NCBI GenBank assembly: GCA_964016885.1
Contig: OZ024743.1
Span: 42,842,001-42,906,000, forward strand
Direction of reading: 5' to 3'
DNA: 64,000 nucleotides
Origin: Eledone cirrhosa
Taxonomy: Eukaryota
The position numbers and the translations under genes are program-made. The notes below the pieces were generated by a model, which was not told the DNA's origin, ran no database searches, and worked only from the letters and a program-made list of their open reading frames with translations. Every line of letters starts with the position of its first letter. Position 1 is the stretch's first letter. Shown piece after piece: positions 27,412-42,778 of the stretch.

Positions 27412-28291
27412 ATGCGCGAAGCACCTAAAGTAAGTGGTCCAAACACCAATAATGTAAAACCTGGAAACAATAGAAAAATTAGAGAAAGAAAATACCTGTG
27501 GTTCAATCCAATCTTCAACTCCTCTGTAAAAACTAGACTGCTTTCTACGTTCTTTAAACTAATAGATAAACATTTCCCTATATCACACAGATATAATAAA
27601 ATCCTCAATAGAAAAACTATAAAACTCTCATACTCAAAATATAGAATCCCACATACGCAATATTAACCACAGAAATACCTCTAGGGAAACCGCCCCACCT
27701 ATGCGCAACATAGCACTAAATTCTAAACATAAACACATCACAGTATCACAACCGCAAACGCATGCGAGCACGCAGCAGCAAAACCTCAACGGGCACGAAT
27801 CACAACCCACTCATAGCTGTGTACAAAACAGCAGTGTGGAAGATGCACGGAATAACACCTCAAACTGCAACTGTCACCTACCAGATAGGTGCCCATTGGC
27901 GAACAGATGCTTTGATTCGAGCCTAGTGTACATGTGTACGGTGAACTTGGGCAACTCAACTTGGCATTACATTGGATCCACCGCGGGTACTTTTAAAAAA
28001 AGATGGTATGTGCACAGACACTCGATGAAGGACCGTGCACTTATAGGTTCTACAACCTTCGCCAAAAAAATTTGGGAACTTAAGGACAATAACATCAACT
28101 ACAATATCAACTGGTCGAGGTTGTCGGCCGCAAGGGCATATAGTACCGGTATGTCCTATTGTAGGCTATGTGATCTTGAATTACTGTATATCCCTAGGAA
28201 TGAAAAAAGGTTACTCAACAACAAGATAGAAAGATCAATTTTCTGCAGACACAGGATCACCACTAAATTCACAAGATTTAAGCCACCGTGA
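27412..28291 (+). pseudogene. Naiad-type PLE C-terminal region and GIY-YIG endonuclease (5'-truncated, one frameshift at about 27636)
   Basis: RKYLWFNPIFNSSVKT..IDKHFPISH..KILNRKTIKLSYS; CNCHLPDRCPLANRC..LVY..YIGST..FKKRW..H..CRLCDLE..CRH. Confidence 0.88.
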
Positions 28292-29129
28292 ATCGAACCA
28301 ACATAACTTAGCATTCAACATATGAAATCCACACTATTACACAGACAACCACAGCACTATAATATTCATTAAGCAGATTTTAGCCTCCTTAATTCTATAC
28401 CACAGTAATGTCTGCAAATATCTTATCAACCCACAAATATATCTCTTCTCAGCTGCTGTCAACACAACTTCCTCACCCTTGATTCTCAACAGATGAACCT
28501 AAATCCAAGTACATTATTAGACTACTACCACAGTCCGTAAAACATCACCTTCCTCCTGTTGTTACAATTGTAGTCAGCATGTTTTCTCTCTCTATATATA
28601 TATATTGCCTCCTTAACCTCTGTATTAACTTACCTATTATATTGCTACTCTGTTAATGTTATGTTATACATGTATGTTATTGATTATGTGAAAGTTAAAC
28701 AACCCCGTGATTCGAACTAACAATCCCTTCATCTAATATAGAGCACTTAAATATTAAATCCACTTCACACCACATAAATTACTATCCTCACTACAATGAA
28801 AAATATTTTATCTGTCAGATAATAAATAATTCTTACGGTCACCAAACCTACGGTAAAGGAAATGGTACATTGTTTAAACCCCGGCTTATCTCTACACTAT
28901 ATATAATAGACCCCACGACAGCTTTTACATGTCAATTTCATACATCTGCCTCATATCAGCTCGTTTTACATGCTTAAGTCATAAGTATACTCTATGTCTT
29001 ACTTAGATTGATGTCGTGATTATTTCAACTAACTTATTGCTAGCATTGTTAGTATTGTTGTTATTGTTCTGATTGAATGTCACTACTATATATAGAAGCC
29101 ATGCCTGTGTATTCCCTTCATTCTCGCTA

Positions 29130-29218
29130 GCTCTGATGAATTGACTGGTTATAACTATGTATTGGTGATCGATTGACGCAGAAACTAGACCTACCGGTTC
29201 AGAGAAACAATTGTCAGC
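29130..29218 (+). ncRNA. Hammerhead motif with long stem II in the 3' UTR of the 27.4k PLE
   Basis: gct-CTGATGA-a ttgactggt...accggttca ga-GAAA-caattg-TC-agc; (TA)n follows at about 29270. Confidence 0.7.
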
Positions 29219-29512
29219 AAAGTGATTAAAGCCCTTATTATATAGCAAACCGTGTCACTCTTCTTTCTCGATATATATATGTATAGAGAGAGAGAGAGGA
29301 GGTGGATCCGGGGAGCGGCTATAGTCATCCCAATAATATTTTTCTCACAAATTACCGAAACATATCTATTTGTATATGCGCTACAATTGATGTACATATC
29401 ATATAGAACGGAAAGATGGATGTTTATTGATATAGAAAAGGGTATTGGAAGAGAATTCCGTGTTGTAGATATACAGAGGAGGAGAGTTTGGTAGTGATGT
29501 ATAGAGTGAGAG

Positions 29513-29589
<77 letters not shown>

Positions 29590-29736
29590 TTGTATGGTAG
29601 ATATAGAGAATGGATTAGTTAGGTGGTAACGGATATAGGGAGGCGGATTGGGAGAGAGAGTCGTGTAGTAGATATAGAGAGGGGAAGATTTCAATGCTTG
29701 TAGATATAATGAAGGGGTTATGAGAGATAAATAATG

Positions 29737-29937
29737 GTTTCTTATAGAGGCACAAGGCCAGCAATTTGGGGGATGGGAAATCGATTAAATCGACACCAGT
29801 GCGTGACTGGTACTTTATTTTATCGACCCTGTAAGGATGAAAGGCAAAGTTAACCTCACCGGGATTTGAACTCACATCATTAAAGGTCGTAACTCTATGC
29901 TGCATAGCATGGCATCCGACTCTCTACCGATACTGCC
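29737..29937 (-). mobile_element. tRNA-SINE with 15-bp TSD
   Basis: Same family as 18934; TSD gagagataaataatg at 29722 and 29938. Confidence 0.85.
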
Positions 29938-30044
29938 GAGAGATAAATAATGCTAAATATATAGAGGAGGGTGTTTTGATGGATAGAGAGAGAACGTTTA
30001 TTACAGCCTCCATAGGTAGGCCCATATCATATATATATATATAT

Positions 30045-30442
30045 ACAGATAAATCTACCAATCAATGGTAGTGTCTAAACCGTATGAAGAACTCAATGTA
30101 ATCCGAATGTAGAAGATGTAGTGAAGCAAAGTTTAAAGTACAACATTTTCAACGATATAATTCATTGGATACAGAGTCAAAAATAGAAATATTAAAACAA
30201 TGAAATTAAACAAAAAACGGTTAATTCATAGTAAAACTCATTATTTTACGATCCTTTCTGGGGGTAGTACCCCGTATGTCCATTCTATTATTGATCTATG
30301 TAAAATATATTACAAAATATCATAGTAAGAAAATATACATACGTCTTCACTACCCGCCGTCTTCAGAAAAAACGATCGTAAAATAATGAGTTTTACTATG
30401 AATTAACCGTTTTTTGTTTAATTTCATTGTTTTAATATTTCT
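30045..30442. mobile_element. Tail-plus-fold-back element (69-bp arms)
   Basis: 30185-30253 is the reverse complement of 30374-30442; about 140-nt unpaired tail next to the left (TA)n. Confidence 0.8.
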
Positions 30443-30459
30443 CTCTCTCTCTCTCTCTC

Positions 30460-30515
<56 letters not shown>

Positions 30516-30587
30516 AAAAGGTTCAGGTCCCAACGGCAGAGCTACAGCCGTTTCGACGGCTAACCACACTTCCTTCATTATATATAT

Positions 30588-30717
30588 ATATAAAAAGCAG
30601 CGGAGCAAGCGGTTATCAAACAATTCTCTAAATAAATTAAAAAACGATTTAAATAATCACCTTTTCTATTGCTATAGAGAATTGTTTGATAACCGCTTGC
30701 TCCGCTACTTTTTATAT
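30588..30717. repeat. Short fold-back (about 42-bp arms) starting at a TA tract
   Basis: tataaaaagcagcggagcaagcggttatcaaacaattctcta / tagagaattgtttgataaccgcttgctccgctactttttata. Confidence 0.85.
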
Positions 30718-30814
30718 TGTTCTGGCATCTCGAATTAGTACCATTGAACCACACATATTATAAACAACTTGCATATTTCTACAAGTACATTGTACCTGTT
30801 GAGGTATTCATTCA

Positions 30815-30891
<77 letters not shown>

Positions 30892-31699
30892 ATATATAAT
30901 ATATATGTATATATATGTATGCGTGTGTGTGTGTGTGTGTGTGTGATGCAGGTATATACTAAACATATAAGACCTTACATATTGCAACAATATCTCACAA
31001 ACTAATCGAGTACTTGGAAAATAGAGTTTTCAGAAGACGAGAACGTATGCTGCAAATGGCATATGGCTGCAAAGATCCATTTTACTAAAGAAAGCCGAAA
31101 GAGAAACCTGTTGAAGTGAAAAGTAAACCTCAGCATAGCATTGATTGATTACAGAATATCCTTGCTATGAATAAACTAACGCCACAATAAAGCCATCCAT
31201 TTAATATGTCATGCGATGACAAACGGTTCTGCAGATACAAAACAAAGATAGTTGTATAAAAATTGAGGTCATTCCATTTAAATTAGGGATATGTCAAGAA
31301 AATCAAACATCTCTTAAATATGTAAGATCAAAAGCTGTTCACTGCAGATGAAACACAGCCATGCTGTGAAAAGTACAAGGATTCAGAAAAGAGATAGATA
31401 TGAATTGTGGAAGGAAATCCTGAAGAGTGAAAAACTAGTGAACATCTCTTATTTCACACTAGATAAAGAAACTGAGGTACGAGACTTAGATCAAACACAG
31501 ACAAATACATACTTAAGTATCAATGAACTAGAAAGGTTTTCACGAAACAGAGATGAAAGAAAATATGAAATGTTTACGTCAGCAATATTTCTGTAAGGTG
31601 TAAATATCTGCCTATCAATGGTCTGTACATATGCCAAGTTTTGTTGGTATAAGATTAGATGTTCAGGAGCAATGCAGGAGGGGTTGGTGGTCTGAGAGC

Positions 31700-32070
31700 C
31701 ATCCTTCAGTTTACTCAGACTCTCAGACTCAGAAGCTCGCGCGTCTTGCGACGCATGAGGCAATCATAGTGTTCCATCACGTTCGGTCAGCAGCCAGTTG
31801 CACATCGTCCCGCCATTGTCTGTTTGTCGCTCGCAGGTCCCTCTCAACTGTCTGGCGTCAGTTCATTTTGGGTTGCGATTCTCCGTCTGCTTCTCTGCGA
31901 GCCCCATTTAAGTACTTGGTTCGCCAGTCTCTCCGGGGGAAGTCTCAAAGCGTGTCCAAACCAGCCCAGGAGTCGCTTGCAGATGGTAGAAGAGACTAGC
32001 TGTGGTTGGTGCGGTTCCTGACTTATTGGTTTGTTACATGGCAGTTTACGGAGCCCCTAAAATCCCCAGA
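31700..32070 (-). pseudogene. 3' end relic of an RTE-clade LINE
   Basis: Minus strand: PKMN*RQTVERDL..WRDDVQLAADRT*WNTMIASCVARRASF*, ending in a tctgag repeat. Confidence 0.65.
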
Positions 32071-35000
32071 TCGTATAGGGTTAATAGAAGTGCTGTTAAT
32101 ACAATAGAATTAAAACCACCAAAAATAGCACAGGACATCGGGGGGGGGGGGGGTCACATATCTGGGCTCAGTCATACAGCATCACCACACAATAAAAATA
32201 CGACTAATAACCCTTTTAATAACATTTTTCTTCTTTCTTTTTAACACCTTTAGAATTTTATTATTTTTGTCTTACCTTTTAAATAATTTCTAATAAATTA
32301 TTTCATTTAGAAAATGTAAAATCATACATTATAACTATACATTCAACTATATGAATTAATACAAATTTGTCATTATAAAGGAAACTGAAACGCATGGCGA
32401 TGATTGGTTTGGCAAAGTTGCTATGTTATATTGTAAGTCCAACAAAGCAAACATTTGCAGCCGATTGCGTATTGTGGATATTCAAATCTCTGCAAGTTAC
32501 CATACGTTCGACCAAATATAAGGGTAGTAGTGATCGCCTAGCATCTCGCCTAGCACCATTTAATTTCATTGGGAAACCTTGAAATATCATGTAATCGATG
32601 GTAAAAGCGTAAACTGTTGTGTTGTATTTCTTGTTTTGCATTACTCTACTGTCCACACATTTATTTCTAATATACATTATACTGGTTTTCATAAAAATAT
32701 CCAAAGCAAATAAATAGATATAAACTAGAATCTCTCTGTTTCAAATCTATTCCAAATTCCGCGAGCTCATCTCTGGGAAGAATGTACTCATTCATTTACT
32801 TCTTTGTCACGTCCACAAAATTTACTTTTGCTATAAGAAGACATCTTCAATTACATAAAATATTATTATAGGAACGATGTATAATGGAATTGTATACACC
32901 ATTATTACCGTATAACAGAAATAATTATATGCGACAGTGGAGGAAATCTATATACTCCTTTGCTCACCGCTCACTTCACTGACCCCTATAAATATCTGCC
33001 TTACTTTAATACATATTGTTAAGTACTAATTGTCATTTTAATGAAAGTGGGAAGAATTTATGGAATAACAACAATGATGCAATTAATGTCATTAAGCAAT
33101 ATAATTTAAACTGGCTTACATTATAATCTAGAGCTGCAAATGTAACTATGCTGGTAATGTTATTGTGTCATGTAGTTGCTATAAATGAAAAATACTGGTA
33201 TATACCATTAATTAACTTGTCAGCTTTCTGTCAGATAGGACATCGAAAATGCCAATTGTTCAACCAACGCAAAAGCAGACTTGGGAAATTAACCCGGATA
33301 AACGTAACAAAGACACCTACACTTTTAACATAATTCTCAGGCAGATCCAGTGTGATTTTGTATGTGTCAACGCTGACCTTTAGAATTACAATTTCAACTC
33401 AATCTTCCATCTTAGTGGAATGCATCAACAGGGAATACATATTCATACTGAAATACTCTAACTGTTGCTGTGAATCGAATTCGCGGTGGTAAAATACATT
33501 TAAACAGTTACTTTCACACAACATTAATCAGAATGTGGCATACCGCCATTAAATTTAGATGACAAACTTATAGAAATGATATGCTGTGTAGAAATGTAGC
33601 TGTTAAACATGTTCACTAGCTTAGGTTGAAGCAAATACGTTCGATTTCTTTGGATGGTCGAGTTCAAAGATAGAATGGGAGAGTTAGAGTATCCACTAGT
33701 TTTGAGTGGTATACATGGAATAATCGCCTGCAGCACAGTAGACAGTAGATTGCGTTCAAGGCCGAGATGTAGGTGTTGGTTGTTAGAATGTTTAATGTTG
33801 ATGGTGGTGAGAAACCAGATATCAGATTAAGAGTAAAACACTTATGACCTCCGGTAAAAATCCTTAGGCACCAGAGGCTTGTGTTACACCAGGCGAAGAA
33901 ATAAATCTAGCACACTGAAACAAGAACCTACAATAGAGTCCAAATGTATGAAAAACTAGAGCTTAATATTAAAATATAAGGTTTTTCAATGACTGAATTC
34001 CTTTTACCAAATGAGTATTTTAATTATTTCGCTACTATATTGTTAATGAAAGACTACCTATGACTTCAAATTCATTTTGTAAATAATCAAGAATGTGAAG
34101 GATTTAAAAGTATAAATACATTTTCCATAATTAAACTAATATGTGTTATAAATGATCTTACATCAGATTGTGAAGGAACATTTTTAAACAAATATAAACA
34201 CTTTAAATCAAGACGTATGCCACGTAGAATCAGGGCTATGTTCTGGTTTTATATAAATTTCTTAGTAAATTTAAGGTTTATGAAGCAGGCATTCATTATA
34301 GTAATTACCTCTTGATATATTTGCAATCTGTTTCTTGATTTAGTCATAACTATCTCAATGGGTATTGTGGAAATGCGAAATAGAAATAATGATTCTGTTA
34401 GAAATATAGAAATAATTTAATTTTACTTTAATCAATATTTTGTGTGTTCACAAGACGACAGTAATTAAATAGATATAATATAACGTATAATAATTTAGGT
34501 AGGAAGTCAGTAGTTATTTGAAGTTATTTAAATCATCATTATTCCTTATTAGTAAATTATTTTATAGTCCCAGGAATGTGATTGACACAGTCTATCCCTA
34601 CAGAATACGAGATCAATTTAAAATTTGATCTCAGTACTTAAACAACTTGAATACATACCGAAACATATTTCTTCCCACAAAATAATTTCACTAAACAATA
34701 TTAGATTGAATACACACTATAATCTAGTTGATCATTGGTGTGGTTGTTGTAGTTACTTCTGGTTATCTTTTATAGAATAGATCTATCATTAACCTGAATT
34801 CCAGCCATGGCAATTGTGTGTTTTGTGCGATCTTAAACACAATTTTCTAATATGTCATTACGTTTTGAAGACATAACGCGTGATGTTAATAGAAATGAAG
34901 CTGTTATTTCTAGCAGATCTAGCAAAGACAAAATTGCTATCTGATTGGCTAAAACAATGATATGAAGTTTATTCCTGTGTTTTAAAACTTCCAAAATTAA

Positions 35001-35392
35001 ATTCTATTTCTAATATAATTGGCCTTCATAGACAGACAGTCCAGATATATTTATAATTTAACTGAAAAGATTTACGATTTGCTTGTAATATTTATATTTC
35101 GAGAGCCGTGATTAATTGATGTAGCGTACTAAAATGATTAATTGTTATTTTTGATTGCTATGTTAATCCAAATCTAAATCGGAAAATGTATATATACTTA
35201 AACAGGCGCAAGCATGGCTATGTGGTTATGATGGGTTCGCAATCATGTAGGTTCCGTTTAGTACCATATCCAAACCGGCGTGTCATATCTACTAATGCCT
35301 CAATTTGACTAATACCTTGCAATTGAAATGTATACATGTATATATATATATAATATATATATATATACATATATACATATAATGTATATATG

Positions 35393-35450
<58 letters not shown>

Positions 35451-35452
<2 letters not shown>

Positions 35453-35536
35453 CGAAAGAGGTGTGGTAAGGAACCAGATGGACCATAACGCACCAGAGTA
35501 CTCAATACTTAGCGTAGTAGAGTGGGTAATAGGAAA
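35451..35536 (-). mobile_element. Tail-only copy of the 12797/59811 family
   Basis: aacgaaagaggtgtggtaaggaaccagatggaccataacgcaccagagtactc..gggtaatagga between TA tracts. Confidence 0.85.
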
Positions 35537-35816
35537 ATACATAAATATATATATATATATAAATGAAAACGGAGAAAAAGACGATTGTTAGGAACAAAAA
35601 TATTTGTTTTCCTTTTGTGTGGGTGTGTACTTATATATATATATATAAGTACACCCCCCCCCCCACACACACATATATATATACGAAATAGTGTTAAGAC
35701 AGAGTCACGTTTACATAAATATTTTATTGCATAACACATATTTCAATGACATAATGTTAGTAATCAGGCAAAGATTATATCCTTAAATGGGACATCATTA
35801 AATGCTTATCCAATAT

Positions 35817-35993
35817 TGGGCAGTGGAGTGGCAGTATCGGTAGAGGGTCGGACGCCATGCTTTTACGCATAGAGTTACAGTCCTTGCCATTCTGAGTTCA
35901 AATCCCGCCGAGTTTAACTTTCCTTACGAGGTCGATAAAATAAAGTACCAGTAATGCCTGGTTAATTGCTGGCCTTGTGCCAAAGTAGAAACA
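35817..35993 (+). mobile_element. tRNA-SINE with 20-bp TSD
   Basis: TSD attaaatgcttatccaatat at 35797 and 35994. Confidence 0.85.
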
Positions 35994-36004
35994 ATTAAAT
36001 GCTT

Positions 36005-36042
<38 letters not shown>

Positions 36043-36046
<4 letters not shown>

Positions 36047-36160
36047 CGAGTAGGACCCCTACTTGGGGTCCTACTCGTTCCTATTACCCACTCTACTACC
36101 CTAAGTATTGAGTACTTTGGTGCGTTATGGTCCACCTGATTCCTTACCACATTTCCTCCG

Positions 36161-36162
<2 letters not shown>
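36043..36162 (+). mobile_element. Tail-plus-short-hairpin copy of the 12797/59811 family
   Basis: Hairpin gaacgagtaggacccc-tactt-ggggtcctactcgttc followed by the reverse-complemented tail. Confidence 0.85.
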
Positions 36163-36203
<41 letters not shown>

Positions 36204-36377
36204 CGGTTTGTAACAACAGTTAGATGCGCCGCGCCGTTCGAAGCTGTTACGAGGTCCGTTTCTTTTGGGTTGTATTCCAGTATTACGGCTGTAGTGTGCA
36301 TAGTGTAAATATATTTATTTACTTACATAAGAAAGTTTGTACATATGCTGCAACACGGACGTCGACTCGTTTAAATC

Positions 36378-36436
<59 letters not shown>

Positions 36437-37464
36437 TCCTCTCTTTCTCGCCCCTCTCTCTCTTTCTATCTCCCTCTCTTTCTCCCCCCCTCTCTCTCTG
36501 TATATATATATATATATATACGCACATTCATGACTGTGAAATACAGAGACAGCATTTATGTCATTGGGGTAACACTATCATAAACATATAATCTTTGATA
36601 GCTCTTTGGAATTGGGTGACAGTGGTCAGTGTTTAAACTCAGAACGCGGAAAGGTGTAAAAGATACCTCAAAGTATTCTGTTCAACGCTCTAATAATTTT
36701 CTCAATCCGATGCCTTGAGGAATGAATCAAATTTTCACCAATGTTGACTGCGCCGTGATTTGAAATCAACCGCAATATCAGAACAAATACTGTACAATGA
36801 TTCATTTTTCCGAAGCTTTAACAATTCTGCCTGTTTCATGTATTAATGAATAGATAATCGTCTGGTAAGAATAGCATGTTTTGCATGAGTAGGAGTTATC
36901 TCGGATATCTATGTATTGATTTAAGTATTAAGAAATGATTTTGAGTCAGCCAGCCACAATTGCAATGTACAGTGGTATCAATAGAAATCTGATAAATTGT
37001 TTATGACATGGGTTCAAACCTAATGGATTTATTTTGAAAAGAAAGCATATGTTTATTTCTCATATATGCCTGAAGCTGGTATATTTAATTTACATGCTAA
37101 TCTACAGTGGAGACAGGTATAAGTGAGTAGTTATGTTTAATCCAAATGAGTGGGGTCTTGGGTAAATATTTATAATATAGCCTCGGGTCAACTAAAATAA
37201 TGTGTGTGGAATTGAGTAGATGTAAAATATACAGAAGCCGGACGAATGTAGTCTGCCTAAATCTCACACCTCCATTCATGTTGCATATCATGCGACGCTG
37301 ATTATGTGAGCGAATTAATGTAGTGGTATAGGTGTCAGTTGAATATTGGACCACTTATTTTACTTCATCAGTAAACGCATTCATTAATACTGATCTAATC
37401 TGGATGAAGATATATGATGGTCAGTCAGATTGAGCCATGTTCAGATAACATTCAGAATAATAAT

Positions 37465-37761
37465 TGTTTCTACTTTAGGCACAAGGCCAGCAATTACCCA
37501 GTACATTACTGGTACTTTATTTTATCGACCCCGTAAGGATGAATGGCAAAGTTAACCTCGGCGGGATTTGAAATCAGACTGTAAAGGGACGTAACTATGC
37601 TAGGAAGCATGGCGTCCAACCCTCTAACGATACTGCCAATTCACCGCCAGAATAATAATTGTTTCTACTTTTGGCACAAGGCCAGCAATTACCCAATTAC
37701 CAGCATTACTGGTACTTTATTCTATCGATCCGGGAAGGATGAAAGGCAACGTTAACCTCGC
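37465..37761 (-). mobile_element. Two tandem tRNA-SINE copies (full-length plus 5'-truncated)
   Basis: 37465-37647 and 37660-37761; the target motif cagaataataat occurs three times (37453, 37648, 37762). Confidence 0.85.
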
Positions 37762-39085
37762 CAGAATAATAATGAACAGAAATATGCTAAAGTAAACGAA
37801 ATTAATTGGAATAGATTTAACGATTATGACATAAGAAATCGGCAAGAATCCTTTCAGAGAATACGCACCATGCACATCTTGAAGTGAGGAAACCTACTGA
37901 ACACAGTACTATCATATTTCTCAAAGAAATTCACAAACCGTTACTATATAAAAGCAAACCTTCATAGAATCATAATTTTACAATGTATTTATTAATAGAA
38001 TTGTGCAATTTGTACAAAAGATAGAATAAAATGGGATGAAATAACACAGATGTTCAGATTAATAATTACAACTTAGGTAAATGCTAGTTATACGTCAATA
38101 TTTCATTAATATCGTGCAGTTGTTATAATACGAGCCCAATCACAATCAATAATCTGAATCAATATAGTAATGGAATATTTCATTAGTGTTACGAGAAATA
38201 ACAAAACGGCAAAAAATGTTAAGCAGGCGATAGTATTCCGAAGAGTTATGACAAATTAGAGGTTTCACACAAGTAAAACATTTCCGGTATTATAACAGCA
38301 GACATATATTCAAATACATTATCGAGGACTACATTATCTGCGAATCTGTTAGACACGCAGTGACTAAAAACAGAATGTTTTAAGTCTGCATGTCTGACAT
38401 ATATGTGTAGCTTGTGAATAACAAATTCAAGGGGTTTCGCTGGCCGTTGTGATCCCTCCCAAACATGTTTTGTAATATATCGTCTTATTGGCTAATTTCA
38501 TCGTCTTATCGGCTAATCAACCAATGAGAGTAATTGTTGCTCAAAAGTATCCGCCACTTTGTTTGCACGTTTATTTACCGTTTCGCTTTCGAATCTTCCT
38601 CCTGTATTTCGTCGTTTATCATCAAAATATTTTTCTCGTTTTGGTAAGTTATATTGTTAATTTATATATGAGTTTTTAAATTTATATTAACTACTTTTAT
38701 TCAGTTCGTTATAACATGCTTATAATATTAGTTGTATCATATTTACTTGTAATATTATTGTTCGTTTATGTTAGATTATTTTATTTTTTTTATGTTAGAT
38801 TATTTTTTTATTATTATGGTAGAATATTTGTATGTAATATTTAATTTTTATTAATTCAACTATAACAATTATTATGTAAAATATATTTATTTAATATTGA
38901 TTGTTTTTTGTAGTTGTTTATATTAAAAGTCTGAAAATATTTTTATACATCTTACAATAATATTTATAAGATCATTTATAAAATAACAATTATATAATCT
39001 AATTACATTACAACGATAATTTATTATTAATATATATCTAATAACTAGAGTTATTACAAGCGTTGCCTTAAAAAAATATTAAACT

Positions 39086-39526
39086 AGACCTGAAAAATGC
39101 GCAAGCTCAAAAGAGCCACAGAATGTTATAATAAACCTTCAAAAATGTGGGACTAGAGTTGTTGCTCAAAAATATTGTAATCATTATCAATCGTACATTC
39201 TGTGGCAACCATTTATAAAAAAGAGACTCATAAAGAACTCAAGACGACACGATAATTATTTAAGTGAATTTATAATATAGAATTCGGTTTAAGTGCATTT
39301 CGTTTTAATCATTACTAAACATCTAATATGAGATATTGAACATTAGCTTAAATAGTTATCGTATCGTCTTGAGTTCGTTATGAGTCTCTTTTTTTATAAA
39401 AGGATACCACGGAGTGTACGATAGATAATGATTACAATATTTTTGAGCAACAACTCTAGTCCCACACTTTTAAAGGCTTATTATAACATTCTGTGACTCT
39501 TTTGAGCTTGCGCATTTTTCAGGTCT
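39086..39526. repeat. Fold-back with about 175-bp inverted arms, not embedded in (TA)n (MITE-like)
   Basis: agacctgaaaaatgcgcaagctcaaaagag..aagacgacacgataa pairs with ttatcgtatcgtcttgag..cttttgagcttgcgcatttttcaggtct. Confidence 0.8.
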
Positions 39527-40250
39527 TGTACATTATCAAGAGCTACAATATCTAGGACAATTTATTTTAGAAACACATCATCTAGGAATATATTATCTGA
39601 GATAACATTAGCGAAGGCCATAATATAAACAGCCTCGTATTTATTCAGTACCGTGTGATTTGATGCATATTTGAATTCAATGTCTTGTAAGCAGTTTGTG
39701 TGAATACATATTATAGAGAAATTGTTATGTCTTCTTTAAAAAAGAAAACAAACGAGGTAAATCCAAATAATCATGAAACATACTACTCAGTCCCAGTGAC
39801 TCTGCTTTTTAAAGCAATAATCACATTCCTCTGAGAGATGCCAAAAGCAGATGTTTCTATTAATTCAAACCACGTCAATAGTGATACATACTTCCACATT
39901 ACAATAATCGACCCCGCACACATTGCAGATTCATTTGAGAATTTACTGCTGGACAGGCATTTTATATTGCAGTGGGACATGATACATTGCATTAACCTAT
40001 AATTTATAATAAACACGAGTACAAATCACATATAAACACTCATTTATCATTTCATGCTTTTATTACTCTCCTCAGTCTAAGACTCCGGTCATGCAGGGGA
40101 ACATCCTTCATTTAGTGGTTTATATCATGTTCAGAAAGTATTTTCTAAATTTGTCTACTTATTTGAAATGGTTATGTATGGGACATAAAAACAGATACAC
40201 ACTTAATCAGAAATACGAACATGCACGCGTGCATGCCCACGCACACACAC

Positions 40251-40293
<43 letters not shown>

Positions 40294-41759
40294 TACTACG
40301 CAACGGCCATTCAGAGGGTGCCGTTCAGCGGAAATGAATCTCAAAATATGCGGTTGAAAATCTGACTATTATGTACTTCGAAAAATTCTTTGCTTATATG
40401 CAGTGTATAAAGTCATATTTATAACGATAATAATTGATGGACTTAGTCATTTTTTTAGACGACGAGATGTTAATCTGGAAAATCTACGGTATTCAGACAA
40501 AGAAGATGTCCAAATAACATATAATTAACGGACACAATATATAAAAACCCCGGAGTAAAGTATGCAACAGTTTCCTAACGATATATGTGTGACACTGTTT
40601 TTCTTATCCAAGGTTGCTAAACTGAGCGGTGGTTGTGAGAGTAAGCACCATTTTGAAAGTACTCCACGTGGTATGCGTTTCAAATAGCTTCTTGCAAGCA
40701 CGTCAAATTCCAGAGCACCTCATTCAGCTTTACCAAAAAGAAGAAAGGGCATAGATGGGTCATAGTTAGCTTAAGGTTGTTCTCTGGGCAGATGGATCTC
40801 GTCAGCCTGGGAGCGAAATCCATTTAAGAGAAAGGAAACTTTGGTGTTAAAACCCCGCTGATTTTCGTTTGCAATCAGCGAAATCTCATGAAATCCTGCC
40901 CAGGCTTGCGCCATGGAGAGAGATCTCTTTAGTATCGCCTCACTGCGGAGGCAAAACACAGAAAGCAGCATTATATATATACATATATATATATAATATT
41001 TTTAGTCATGTTTAGTTAAGTATTTCACCTACTATAAGGTTTTGTCATCCCAATTCTGAATGTCTAAGTAACCACGTTAAATAACCGACCACGAGACAAT
41101 ATATAACTGTTGGGCATTATGTCTCAAACATATGCTTTGGCTTTCCTCACAATGCGGGTCTGGAAGCACTTACGCTACGGACGCTTCAATCTGTCACACG
41201 GAAAATAACTGGCGTTTGTTTGCCGTGGAACCTAGTCATGTTAAATAAATTCTTATGAACTATATCACTTTATATACTTTCACACTTTTATAAGTACTAA
41301 AACTTTTGCCTGGTGAGCTACATTATTCAGTAGTCTAAGCATATTTAGATATAGGTAAAATATAAAAATATGTGTGTGTGTGTGAAGCCTAAGAAAACGT
41401 GTATTGGCCATGAACATGTTGATCGACCAAATAATGATATACATCATTTCCAAATTCTTTATTCACTTTCATATTCTTTCTTTCGAGTTATCAACTATCA
41501 CATCACCTAATGTACAAAAGCATTGTTTATTTCCTAAAAAAATTGTTTCATGCAGTTAAAAAAAAATCACATTATCATATTCAGCTCAGGTTTCTCTTTC
41601 AAATTTGCCTGCACCTTGCATGGCTTTTTCAAAAAACGTTTCTGCTATTTGTATCTGCACTAAGTAATCAGTTCTATATTCTCCAATTGCTACCTGCATA
41701 TATATATAAATAAAATTAGAATTTTATTTCTCGCCCTAGCACAGCTGATACACACACAA

Positions 41760-41892
<133 letters not shown>

Positions 41893-42054
41893 CGTGTGTG
41901 TGTGTCTGTGATAAACGTTGATTGCGAAATAAATTAAGTATCGAGATATTAAAGATACGGAAGCGAAAATCAACCAAACAGTGAGTGTGTTTTGTTACTA
42001 TTTCTGCCAATATTATTACAGCAATAGACCCTCCCCAAGTACCAAAGTATAACA

Positions 42055-42149
<95 letters not shown>

Positions 42150-42526
42150 ATATGTGTGTGTATAAAATGATACCTACAAGAAAATAACTGTTTTAATAGT
42201 ATGAAATTATCAGGAATTCCCTTATGATTTCTTGCGACTGAAACAGTTCTAGTCGCGTTGGAGTAATTTCTATATAAAATAACGCGGCCTATATGCTACT
42301 CACGTATTGAATAACTTGAATATCAGTAGTCACCCCCTATACGGAATCAACCCATTGTATAATATATATATATTTACATGCATGTATATATGTATATATA
42401 TTTATATATAAATATGTATATATAGATACATGTATATATATATATACATGTATCTATATATACATATTTACATAAATATATACACACACACACACACACA
42501 TATATATGTCTATATATATATATATC

Positions 42527-42557
<31 letters not shown>

Positions 42558-42778
42558 GGGGTGGTGGTGTTTGTTTCAGTAAACGAACAAGAGGAAAATG
42601 TAAGAAAACATGTTGTAATGGAATTCAATAACTCCATATTTCGTTGTATAAATTTTGAAATTATATCAGTGTTTGTGAATATATATATTTTTTATCTAGA
42701 TATATATGTATGTATGTTTATGTGTATGTGTAGAGCGAGAGAGAGTGTCAAAGAGAGTGAGAGAAGAACATACATTTT

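Noticed and set aside
31020-31600. Purine-rich, coding-like stretch (ORF 31348-31596)
   Set aside because: No recognisable motif and several stops upstream; left unassigned.
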